Sequence record: MW057919.1 | DNA: 64,000 nucleotides | Direction: 5' to 3' (one strand) | Part shown: piece after piece, positions 54,698-62,832 of the stretch | Layout of the letters: each line of letters opens with the position of its first letter | How positions within the stretch are numbered: the first letter of the stretch is position 1 | Notes under the pieces: generated by a model | Seen by the model: the letters and a program-made list of their open reading frames with translations, nothing else | What the model was told of the DNA's origin: nothing | Databases searched by the model: none | Position numbers and translations under genes: made by a program

Positions 54698-55081
54698 ATG
54701 AAAAGAAATTTTGAAGATGATCACGTGGTAATGGCAGTGGAAGTATATGAGAAACTGAAAGAAGCTGCTGCTTATTCATTACACTCTTCTGAAATTAGTA
54801 AGATCGAACGACATATGCGTAAGTTTAATCGTGTTCAACGCGATAAACATATTGAAAATATGCATATGGAAATGCTTGAGAAACGCGAGGCTATTAGAAA
54901 AGCAAAATCTTTCTTTTCTCAAAATGCCGGTAAAATTGGTTGCGTAGTAGATAGGCTTGTCAAAGTATGTGAAGTGTATAAAATGGATAAGTCTATGGTG
55001 GTTGTTGAGTTTCTCCAACATAAATCTAAAATTAAAGTTCCAGTAAATCCTGAAAAAATTACTATTCTTACCATTAAATAA
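54698..55081 (+). CDS. Hypothetical basic protein, 127 aa (paralog of 29687..30289)
   Basis: Manual alignment of N-termini. Confidence 0.75.
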   Translation: MKRNFEDDHVVMAVEVYEKLKEAAAYSLHSSEISKIERHMRKFNRVQRDKHIENMHMEMLEKREAIRKAKSFFSQNAGKIGCVVDRLVKVCEVYKMDKSMVVVEFLQHKSKIKVPVNPEKITILTIK

Positions 55082-55098
55082 ATGAAGAAGGATTTAAA

Positions 55099-55554
55099 AT
55101 GAAAAATGTAATTGCAGCAGCTTTCGCTGGTCTCATTGCCATTACCGGTATCATGTTCAATACCGCAATGGCTGAAATCAAGATTGGTAAAAAAGATGCT
55201 CAACTCACTGTGCAGTCGTGTGCAATGGTTGAAACCATTACTAAACAAGCTGTATTTCGAATGAGTGAAGGTCATAGCGCAGATGAAGTTGGTGTGCTTA
55301 TGCTCAACAACTCTGCTAAACTCAAAGATGAGTTGGATACCAATAATTGGATTGCGTTAACATTCGTATTCAATAGTCTTAATAAAATCAATAATGACCT
55401 TAACAGTAAAGAGATCCATGATTATATCCGTAGTCAAGGTTACAATGTGACTACTCCTAATCTGGCAGCTTTTATCAGCGGGTATTATGGCAATTACTGC
55501 ATGAAGCATATTGGTGAGAAATTCACTCACATGGTAATTGTTGAACTCATTTAA
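55099..55554 (+). CDS. Exported two-Cys helical protein, 151 aa
   Basis: Signal peptide ending AMA; C41 and C134. Confidence 0.75.
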   Translation: MKNVIAAAFAGLIAITGIMFNTAMAEIKIGKKDAQLTVQSCAMVETITKQAVFRMSEGHSADEVGVLMLNNSAKLKDELDTNNWIALTFVFNSLNKINNDLNSKEIHDYIRSQGYNVTTPNLAAFISGYYGNYCMKHIGEKFTHMVIVELI

Positions 55555-55586
55555 TTCATATCGAATACTTTCAAAAGGAAAATAGG

Positions 55587-55964
55587 ATGAAATACGTCTT
55601 CTCGCTCATTATCACTATGGTAGCAATGTCGGTTAATGCACAACCCGTAACCGTGTCATCTTGCTACGTGCTGCACAGCTTGGCAAAGAATATGGTTCAA
55701 TTCTACACTAATGGCGGTGAGCCATTGGAGATGTATGCAATACTGCAAGATGAACTATCCATTGCCATAGATAAAAACCAGAGTGATAAGGCACTCGCTA
55801 TTAATATCGCATTGGATAATGTCGATGTAATATACCAAAATCTCACTGATCCCGCACTTAAGCTTTTGGCAAAGAGCGAGGGAAGTGATCTTGGTGAGAT
55901 GCTGACTGAAAAACTCAGTAATGGGTGTTTCAATATAGTCGGCGAGGAGTTGTATGATAACTAG
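55587..55964 (+). CDS. Exported two-Cys helical protein, 125 aa
   Basis: Signal peptide ending VNA; C26 and C114. Confidence 0.75.
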   Translation: MKYVFSLIITMVAMSVNAQPVTVSSCYVLHSLAKNMVQFYTNGGEPLEMYAILQDELSIAIDKNQSDKALAINIALDNVDVIYQNLTDPALKLLAKSEGSDLGEMLTEKLSNGCFNIVGEELYDN

Positions 55965-56193
55965 AATCATCCTAATTGTTGCATGGGTATGGGTAATCTC
56001 TCTTATGGGAATGATTACGTATGTTCTTTATGATACGTATCAATTTCGTAAGAAATTAGAAATGCCTGTTGTAGAATGGGAAGATAAGGCGAAGGACACT
56101 CCTGTTAAGAAGTGTCCAGATGAAGTATTATTCGCTGAAGACCCAAAGGATGGCAAACTCAAAATGGGATGCCCTGAGAGTTATAAGAAATAA
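55954..56193 (+). CDS. Single-pass membrane protein with two C-terminal Cys, 79 aa
   Basis: GAGGAG RBS; TM helix. Confidence 0.75.
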   Translation: MITRIILIVAWVWVISLMGMITYVLYDTYQFRKKLEMPVVEWEDKAKDTPVKKCPDEVLFAEDPKDGKLKMGCPESYKK

Positions 56194-56195
56194 TT

Positions 56196-56215
56196 AGAGG
56201 ACCTTCGGGTCCTCT
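56196..56215 (+). terminator. Terminator
   Basis: AGAGGACC-ttcg-GGTCCTCT + TTTT. Confidence 0.85.
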
Positions 56216-56275
56216 TTTTAACCGACTGGACGGTTAAAACTAGGTGGGATAAATTAAACTATTTGAGGAAATCTA

Positions 56276-56383
56276 ATGCAACTTAGTAATGAACTTTTCT
56301 ATGTGGGTATGGTAGCTGTATCAATGTCAATCGGTATGCTATTTAGCTATATTTACCACACTCATAAGAAAAAATATAAATAA
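56276..56383 (+). CDS. Small membrane peptide, 35 aa (not in track)
   Basis: GAGGA RBS; [35 protein letters not shown]; bounded by terminators. Confidence 0.6.
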   Translation: MQLSNELFYVGMVAVSMSIGMLFSYIYHTHKKKYK

Positions 56384-56391
56384 AGTCATAA

Positions 56392-56447
56392 ACCCTCTCC
56401 TTTGGGAGAGGGCTTTTACATTAAATTTTTTTTGAAATCTATATTAC
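56392..56447 (+). promoter_or_regulatory. Terminator + early promoter cassette
   Basis: CCCTCTCC-tttg-GGAGAGGG; CATTAAATTTTTTTTGAAATC-TATATTAC (core 56440-56447). Confidence 0.85.
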
Positions 56448-56486
56448 ACTAATACAACATTAAACTATTAAATAGGTAATTAAAAA

Positions 56487-56861
56487 ATGAATGAAAATAT
56501 TAAACGCTCATTTATTGGTATGCCACTGTCTATCAATATTGGTAAAGATATTGATTTATCAATGTATGAACGAATTGTATTTGTATCACAAGTAGATAAA
56601 AATGATATAAAATACTTTGTTTATAAATTAAATAAATCCAAATTTAAACATGAACCAAATGTAGTTAATTACGCCGAAACAGATAAGGATATTATTATTT
56701 ATCCCCCGCTTGATTTCATTCAGACAATTAATGAATATTATCGAGTATCATTGGAAAATGAATTTATGTGTCATCCTGTTATTCTAAAAGCAGATGATAG
56801 TAATAATCAAGAAGTATTTTTGAAAACTATTAAAATGGTACATGAGTATGTCGATGAATAA
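56487..56861 (+). CDS. Hypothetical early protein, 124 aa
   Basis: AGGT RBS. Confidence 0.7.
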   Translation: MNENIKRSFIGMPLSINIGKDIDLSMYERIVFVSQVDKNDIKYFVYKLNKSKFKHEPNVVNYAETDKDIIIYPPLDFIQTINEYYRVSLENEFMCHPVILKADDSNNQEVFLKTIKMVHEYVDE

Positions 56862-57309
56862 CTGCGCATTTATTAATTTAAGGCAACGTTTAGTTAATGA
56901 TAAACTAACCTATGTGATTCATCCCATAGTGAAGGTTTATGATTTCACTAGAAAGGCTATTAGACAATTAACTGATTTTGCTATTTTAGATAGTTATAAC
57001 TTCCCAGAGGAAACTTCCAATATTAGTGTTCAGCCAACTATCACAGATGATACTAATAATAAAAATTCTTTGATACATCTTGGGGTTATAGAAGAGCCTG
57101 ATTTTGGACCAACTAGATTATACGCCATCTTAGATAGAGAAATCAAAGATGATTCTAATCTAATTGAAACAACTGATGATGGCTGGTATACATTGGATGA
57201 GTTAATTCTAGTTGAAGACGATATGGATGAATTCGCGCGACTTATTGTTCAGTACTTGCGAACTATTCCGAGGAAGCCACAATGGTTAACTTCGACAAAA
57301 GATGTTTAG
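56842..57309 (+). CDS. Hypothetical protein, possibly degenerate Nudix-like fold, about 155 aa
   Basis: HLGVI..., GWYTLDEL....DDMDEFARLI resembles the C-terminus of phage Nudix-like proteins; no intact Nudix box. Confidence 0.5.
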   Translation: MSMSMNNCAFINLRQRLVNDKLTYVIHPIVKVYDFTRKAIRQLTDFAILDSYNFPEETSNISVQPTITDDTNNKNSLIHLGVIEEPDFGPTRLYAILDREIKDDSNLIETTDDGWYTLDELILVEDDMDEFARLIVQYLRTIPRKPQWLTSTKDV

Positions 57310-57512
57310 AAATAGAGCCTAATCAGTTAGGTTATGTATTTACAAAGATCGGTTGGGAAATATGTGTTACTATTGGCATACGACATATATGTGCTAAAAC
57401 CTATTATACAGTGTATTCACTTAATGATAAATGCATTTATTACATTGAGCATTCAGCGCAATTTACTAAACGCATAAAACCAAACTATATACAAAGGTTT
57501 CATGTTCTATGA
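57282..57512 (+). CDS. Hypothetical protein, 76 aa
   Basis: GAGG RBS; ATGA overlap downstream. Confidence 0.55.
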   Translation: MVNFDKRCLEIEPNQLGYVFTKIGWEICVTIGIRHICAKTYYTVYSLNDKCIYYIEHSAQFTKRIKPNYIQRFHVL

Positions 57513-58195
57513 TCAATACAACCGATAAAACTATAGTTGGTATAGGATTTGAAACAAAGGTTTCAGATTCACCGATTGAACAACCTGTAAAGAAAACTAA
57601 GACTCCTAAGATAAATAAACAAAAAGAATGGGAGAAAGTAGATGATCCGAGAGAATATACAAAAGAGGAACAAACTTCTCTCTTTGTAAATTGGCTTCAA
57701 AGCACACGTAATTACTGGCATAAACAGTATACCGATACTCAAAATACAGATAAGGCACTATCTATCAGAGATATGCTTGATGGATTTATATATAGCATCG
57801 CAGCTGGCCTAGATGGCAATGATCCAAATATACCCGGATTCAAACTTATACCTAATGTTACTCAAGAGGATATTGACTACCTAATAAGTATTGGTGAGAA
57901 TTATTGGCCAGTAAACCCAGTTGAAAATTTAAAAGATAATATCCGTGCAAAGTGTGATGCAGTTGATATTTCTGGTAATCTACGTTATCAAGTTTCTAAG
58001 ACATTTACGGAACCTTTCAAAGGACCACATGCACTATTGAACCATTTCCTTAGTTTAGCAGGTGAGAAACCTGTTAAGTATTACTCGGGTAATTTTACGC
58101 AAGAGCAACTTGCTATGTTAGTAGAAAAAGCTAAAGAAAAAGCGGAAAAGATACAATCACAAATAGCTGATGATATCAGTCGAATAATGCGTTAA
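57509..58195 (+). CDS. Hypothetical protein, 228 aa (core paralogous to 58240..58614)
   Basis: LDGNDPNIPGFKLIP vs LDGNNDDCPAFHLIP. Confidence 0.8.
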   Translation: MINTTDKTIVGIGFETKVSDSPIEQPVKKTKTPKINKQKEWEKVDDPREYTKEEQTSLFVNWLQSTRNYWHKQYTDTQNTDKALSIRDMLDGFIYSIAAGLDGNDPNIPGFKLIPNVTQEDIDYLISIGENYWPVNPVENLKDNIRAKCDAVDISGNLRYQVSKTFTEPFKGPHALLNHFLSLAGEKPVKYYSGNFTQEQLAMLVEKAKEKAEKIQSQIADDISRIMR

Positions 58196-58239
58196 TGAAC
58201 TAATAAATTTATAAGCTACTGATAACAAGGTATGTAATT

Positions 58240-58614
58240 ATGATCTATTTTGAAGGCGATGGTAATGTTAAACCTGTAACACAGGAACAAGTTAAAGAAC
58301 TATTTATTAGTAGTGTTGTCAATATGCGTGATAATGCTATCAATAACTCTAAACTTGATCAATTTACAGAGCCAGCTGATCGGGACAGGGCTGTAGCAGA
58401 TAGTGTCATTACAGGCATGCTAGATATACTAGATGGCAATAATGACGATTGCCCAGCGTTTCATTTAATTCCAGCAGTTGGTGAGGAAGAATATTTAGCG
58501 GCTGTAGAAGCAGGTGCTGATTATATCCCTTATGATGATGGTAGTGATAATTATCAACCATTAGATTTAGCTGGTGAACTACGAGATTATTTTATCTTTG
58601 TTAATAGGGGTTAA
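58240..58614 (+). CDS. Acidic hypothetical protein, 124 aa
   Basis: AAGG RBS; tandem paralog of the upstream gene. Confidence 0.8.
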   Translation: MIYFEGDGNVKPVTQEQVKELFISSVVNMRDNAINNSKLDQFTEPADRDRAVADSVITGMLDILDGNNDDCPAFHLIPAVGEEEYLAAVEAGADYIPYDDGSDNYQPLDLAGELRDYFIFVNRG

Positions 58615-58616
58615 TA

Positions 58617-59051
58617 ATGGCTGATATAGTAATTGCACTAATCCTGTCAGCAATTATTGTTTATCTAATTAATATTTTTAAACACCCAAAAATAATTTAT
58701 GCCAATAGTGTAAATGATAATGTCTTCATTGTTACTGGTTGCTCTTATATATCTGAAAATAATGAAGATGGTACATTAACAACTTTTTCACCTAAATTAA
58801 ATAATAGGTTAATAATTGATTTAACTAAAGGTCAACCCAATAAAGACTTTTATATTTCAGTATTAGATAACACACTTAAATTCCATCACACTGTTGATGA
58901 AATTATCACAGCTAATAAATGGGAAGCTTTATTTAAAAATAGCATAACTAAAGAGGATGTGTGTATCTCAGGAATACCTCTTAAAAATAAAAATATAAAA
59001 TGTAATTTACACTGGGTTATAGCACCAAGTAAAATGGTGAATAAATTGTAA
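58617..59051 (+). CDS. Membrane-anchored hypothetical protein, 144 aa
   Basis: N-terminal TM helix. Confidence 0.7.
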   Translation: MADIVIALILSAIIVYLINIFKHPKIIYANSVNDNVFIVTGCSYISENNEDGTLTTFSPKLNNRLIIDLTKGQPNKDFYISVLDNTLKFHHTVDEIITANKWEALFKNSITKEDVCISGIPLKNKNIKCNLHWVIAPSKMVNKL

Positions 59052-59064
59052 TAGTTATTATAAT

Positions 59065-59132
59065 GCCCTCCCATTGCGGGAGGGCTTATATTTTATTTTT
59101 TTGTATTTAAAGCATTTTAAACAGTATATTAC
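59065..59132 (+). promoter_or_regulatory. Terminator + early promoter cassette
   Basis: GCCCTCCC-attgc-GGGAGGGC; TTGTATTTAAAGCATTTTAAACAG-TATATTAC (core 59125-59132). Confidence 0.85.
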
Positions 59133-59175
59133 AAATGTGATAAAACTATCTAAATTGCAAATAGGTAAATCAATT

Positions 59176-59535
59176 ATGTTGGACTATGCTTTGGAAAAGT
59201 GTCGTGAAATCCCTTATGTAAAACATCGTCAACGTGTTTATTCAGTCATTACTGATAAACGTGGTAGGATCATTAGTGAAAGCCAAAATATGTATGGTAA
59301 AACACATCCTGTTCAGAAACGTTATTCTCTAAAAGCAGGATTGTCCGATCTACGTTGTGAGATGCATAGTGAGTTGCGCTCTATCATCCTCTCCAAGGGA
59401 AAAGGATATAGGATCTATGTTGCACGTGTCGGCGCTGATGGTAGGCCACTGGATGCATACCCATGCCCCACTTGTCAAATGGCAATTAATGACCATGGCA
59501 AATTAAAAGAGGTAATTGTATCTATTGGTAAATAA
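59176..59535 (+). CDS. Zinc-dependent (cytidine deaminase superfamily) deaminase, 119 aa
   Basis: HSE and PCPTC motifs, IYVAR strand; AGGT RBS at 59163; track start 59074 lies inside the terminator. Confidence 0.8.
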   Translation: MLDYALEKCREIPYVKHRQRVYSVITDKRGRIISESQNMYGKTHPVQKRYSLKAGLSDLRCEMHSELRSIILSKGKGYRIYVARVGADGRPLDAYPCPTCQMAINDHGKLKEVIVSIGK

Positions 59536-59580
59536 TAACACTATAGTTAATTTAATTATTTATTTAAAAAGGAAAATACA

Positions 59581-60122
59581 ATGCCTAATGATTATTTAAA
59601 TAATAAACCATCCAAATATCTTAGGAGGATTCACCTTACAGCAAATGGTACACTGACTACAACTGTAGAAGCATGCCTAGAATATCAACCAGTTAGTGAT
59701 GTCCATAAGTTTTATCCTTACTTCAATTTTACACCAGCAGAACTTTGGAATATATTTTCTGAATCTAGTTCTAATGTATTAACTATTTTTGGTAAACCTG
59801 ATACCAGTAAGTCAAACCTCACTAGAGAAATGCTGAATCATCGAGGCTGGGACGATAAAATTTATTTAGTTGATCGGTCTGATGTTTTAGAACATCCTGA
59901 ATTTGCTAATCTCATTAGAGATTTTCCAAATGGGTCTGTTATTATTGCCGAGGATGTTGATAACGTAGTGCGTACACGCACAGGTGGTAATGGTGTTATG
60001 GCAGCTATCCTTAATGCCAGTGAAGGAATTGCCAAACGTAATATCAAATTAGTCATCACCACTAGCCTACCAGTACTTAAGGATACTGATGTAGGTGTTT
60101 TGATGTTCTAGAATTTAATTAG
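59581..60122 (+). pseudogene. Decayed AAA+ ATPase paralog of 28479..29579
   Basis: Walker A degenerated to GKPDTSKS; ALVRPG arginine finger deleted with frameshift (RCFDVLEFN* in another frame at 60093-60122); N-domain missing. Confidence 0.7.
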
Positions 60123-60131
60123 GATCAAACT

Positions 60132-60551
60132 ATGAAAAATAAACGTCTAGTTGAAGTAGCAAAATATGCTTATTGTCTGGTTGGTGGACTTCCTAAACCA
60201 GAAGAAATGGATGAGGCTGAAAAAGAGTATTGGGCATCTATACCAAGTGTGGATATTAAATTAGCTTCATATTGGAAAATGGTCCCACCACCACTATATG
60301 ACCTAGTGATGAAATATAGTGAAACTGATTACGAAAGGTTTTATCCTCATCCTGGTGGCCCTTCTCTTAACACTGATGAACTTGAAACATTCAGGATTCC
60401 AGGTGAAGATGAGGGCGCACTTATTTGGCGCGATGTCTGCATTACTTGGTATAAACGACCAGGGCGTTGCATGTGTGTTTCACGCGACATCACAGATTAT
60501 GAACTCGCGCAACTTGAATTGGAACTTATCAAGGCTATCGCAAAACCATGA
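60132..60551 (+). CDS. Conserved phage hypothetical protein, 139 aa
   Basis: AGGA RBS; ITWYKRPGR motif. Confidence 0.75.
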   Translation: MKNKRLVEVAKYAYCLVGGLPKPEEMDEAEKEYWASIPSVDIKLASYWKMVPPPLYDLVMKYSETDYERFYPHPGGPSLNTDELETFRIPGEDEGALIWRDVCITWYKRPGRCMCVSRDITDYELAQLELELIKAIAKP

Positions 60552-60686
60552 CTGTATATTTCGAAGGCGCTGGTGAACCGCGTGCAGCCACATTCAGTGA
60601 AGTACGTGATCTGTTTGTAGACGCGGTGAAAAGCAATCGATATTTCCGATGGATTAGTCGATTATTTCAAACTGGTGAATAGTTGA
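60548..60686 (+). pseudogene. Internally deleted remnant of the 58240..58614 family
   Basis: Frame 1 MTVYFEGAGEPRAATFSEVRDLFVDAV matches the paralog N-terminus; +1 frame DISDGLVDYFKLVNS* matches its C-terminus. Confidence 0.7.
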
Positions 60687-60752
60687 TGAACTACAGCATC
60701 ATCTAAACTCCCATTCTTGTGAGGATATCTCTACGTTCGATAAGGTTAACAC

Positions 60753-60965
60753 ATGAATGACCAAGCTGATCTATTGATCGAGTATTATAAATCACGTGGT
60801 CTTGGTGGCGTAATGGCTACTCATAACCTTCATACTCAGATCAATGAACATCACACTATCTATGGTGGTGGTTGGACTGAGGAAACAGAGAAGGCTGCCA
60901 AATCTATCCGCCGTCGGATGAACCGTAATTCCATCGTAGAAATAAACGTGTGGAAGAAGAAGTAA
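60753..60965 (+). CDS. Hypothetical protein, 70 aa
   Basis: AAGG RBS. Confidence 0.7.
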   Translation: MNDQADLLIEYYKSRGLGGVMATHNLHTQINEHHTIYGGGWTEETEKAAKSIRRRMNRNSIVEINVWKKK

Positions 60966-61005
60966 TTTATTCATATTTTTTAATCCAACTAAAAGGAAAT
61001 TGTAA

Positions 61006-61239
61006 ATGCAACATGTAACTGTAAAAACTATGAACTCTGGACTGAAAGTTATTGATCTGGATGGTATCCGACTCAAAGACAAAAATATTATCCAGCTACG
61101 TTCTATTATGAATCACGATGCTGCAAAGCAATCATCAGCTTTCATGCATCACGATAGCCAATTCAATAATGTACGTATTGAATTTTGGCGCGAACCATCA
61201 GCGCGAATTATCTCGCTGATTAAAGATGCGGTCGCATGA
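61006..61239 (+). CDS. Hypothetical protein, 77 aa
   Basis: AAGGA RBS. Confidence 0.75.
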   Translation: MQHVTVKTMNSGLKVIDLDGIRLKDKNIIQLRSIMNHDAAKQSSAFMHHDSQFNNVRIEFWREPSARIISLIKDAVA

Positions 61240-61266
61240 CCGCTTTCTTTCAAGAAGGTAACTAAT

Positions 61267-61545
61267 ATGTCTATCTCTGATGTAGTATTTGAAGCTGCTG
61301 TCAAAAGTGGCGTTAGTCTTGAACACCTTGATAAAGAAGAACCTATTCTAAAAATTCGCTCTGTTAAAGAAAGTGATGGATGGGATATCATCCTCTATTA
61401 TCCTGGTAAGATTACCAAGACTGTGAAACTACTATCAAGCGATGTAGCTGGGTCAGATGCATCAAAGTTTATTGAACATGTATTTGGAGATGTTCAATTT
61501 GCTAAAGAAGCAGTACGCAATGCTGAAGGCATTGTAATAAAATAA
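61267..61545 (+). CDS. Hypothetical protein, 92 aa
   Basis: AAGG RBS. Confidence 0.75.
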   Translation: MSISDVVFEAAVKSGVSLEHLDKEEPILKIRSVKESDGWDIILYYPGKITKTVKLLSSDVAGSDASKFIEHVFGDVQFAKEAVRNAEGIVIK

Positions 61546-61571
61546 TCAATCTGGAAAAAAAGGAAATATAA

Positions 61572-61991
61572 ATGTATATTGATGAAAAGTACTGGGCTCA
61601 TTCTGTAAAAGCTATGGATAACAAACATCCAGTTTTGATGAATGTGCATGGTCTTCATTGGTGTTCACCATCTTTGGTTAATTGGAGCCTAACTGCTGTC
61701 AAACGGGATGGGTCACTTTCATCAAAAGAAGTGTTTGATATCACTAGCAAATATGTCAGCCATCTCATTGATCATGAAGTTAAAATCGTTAATGATCAAT
61801 TGGTCTACCTGATCAAAAATAATCTGATTAGTGGCATTACTGAGCTTGATGATGGTTTCTTTGTATTTGCAAATATTGATGGCGAGTCATGGTCCATGCA
61901 TGTTGTAATTGAATGCTTGATGGAACATGAAGAAGATTGGGAAAAACTCGCTGCCGTTAAGTACAATGAGTTGACCATTTCTGCATTCTAA
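61572..61991 (+). CDS. Hypothetical protein, 139 aa
   Basis: AAGGA RBS. Confidence 0.75.
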   Translation: MYIDEKYWAHSVKAMDNKHPVLMNVHGLHWCSPSLVNWSLTAVKRDGSLSSKEVFDITSKYVSHLIDHEVKIVNDQLVYLIKNNLISGITELDDGFFVFANIDGESWSMHVVIECLMEHEEDWEKLAAVKYNELTISAF

Positions 61992-62005
61992 TTAATTATG
62001 AAAAT

Positions 62006-62023
62006 GGGGGTCTAAAGACCCCC
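62006..62023 (+). terminator. Probable terminator
   Basis: GGGGGTC-taaa-GACCCCC. Confidence 0.6.
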
Positions 62024-62069
62024 TATCTATTTAATAGAATGAAACTAATCTTAATAATGGTGAATACTA

Positions 62070-62366
62070 ATGAATAAATATTACCATTTGAAGAAACAGA
62101 AGGATGCTACATGGACAATTGAATTTCTAGGAAAGATGCGTAATTTTAAATTCAACCATGTAACTAAAAATAAAAATAGTTGGGTTAGCATGGGTATTGA
62201 AGGTTATCCAGCACTTAAATTTAACTGTGATGGATTTGGTAGATTAGAAAGTATTCAACCCATTGATGATGATTTAACCATCGATGAAATATTTATTCCA
62301 CGTAAACATTCTGTTTCACAGTGTATCGATATAACAACACTTTATATGGGTGGTCAATGTGACTGA
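62070..62366 (+). CDS. Hypothetical protein, 98 aa
   Basis: GGTG RBS. Confidence 0.7.
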   Translation: MNKYYHLKKQKDATWTIEFLGKMRNFKFNHVTKNKNSWVSMGIEGYPALKFNCDGFGRLESIQPIDDDLTIDEIFIPRKHSVSQCIDITTLYMGGQCD

Positions 62367-62796
62367 GATAATATTAGTTATTTTATCATTGTTTGTTCTT
62401 TCAGTCATAACCGGCTATTGTATAACCCGGTTAGAGAAAACCGAAGATATAGCCTATTATGTTAAATCAATTACGTATTACTTAGGTGAACCCGGTGATA
62501 CATTTTTTAATAGTGAACCCAAAGTAATACAGCTGGATAACCCTGTAAAACTAGTTTTCACTAATGAACCAGTTCAAATAAAAACACTTTATTTAGACCT
62601 AAATAAGAAAGAATTATACCTTAATCATCCCGAACATGCTTGTATTGTGATGCGTGTTATTTTCTTTTTAAATTATCATAACCAGAAAAAACTCATAGGT
62701 TATTCAGATGAATACTATCATGACAATGAGTATGTTGATAGTGAGTTTGATATGACCATAAAGAAAATTAGCGTAGAATGCTATAAAGGTTTATAA
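62350..62796 (+). CDS. Membrane-anchored hypothetical protein, about 145-148 aa
   Basis: N-terminal TM helix; GTG start. Confidence 0.65.
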   Translation: MVNVTEIILVILSLFVLSVITGYCITRLEKTEDIAYYVKSITYYLGEPGDTFFNSEPKVIQLDNPVKLVFTNEPVQIKTLYLDLNKKELYLNHPEHACIVMRVIFFLNYHNQKKLIGYSDEYYHDNEYVDSEFDMTIKKISVECYKGL

Positions 62797-62832
62797 TGGT
62801 CAATTTTATAGACCATCAATCAGGAGTTAATA

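Noticed and set aside
59074-59175. Track N-terminal extension of the deaminase ORF
   Set aside because: It runs through the terminator hairpin and early promoter; the real start is ATG 59176 with an AGGT RBS.
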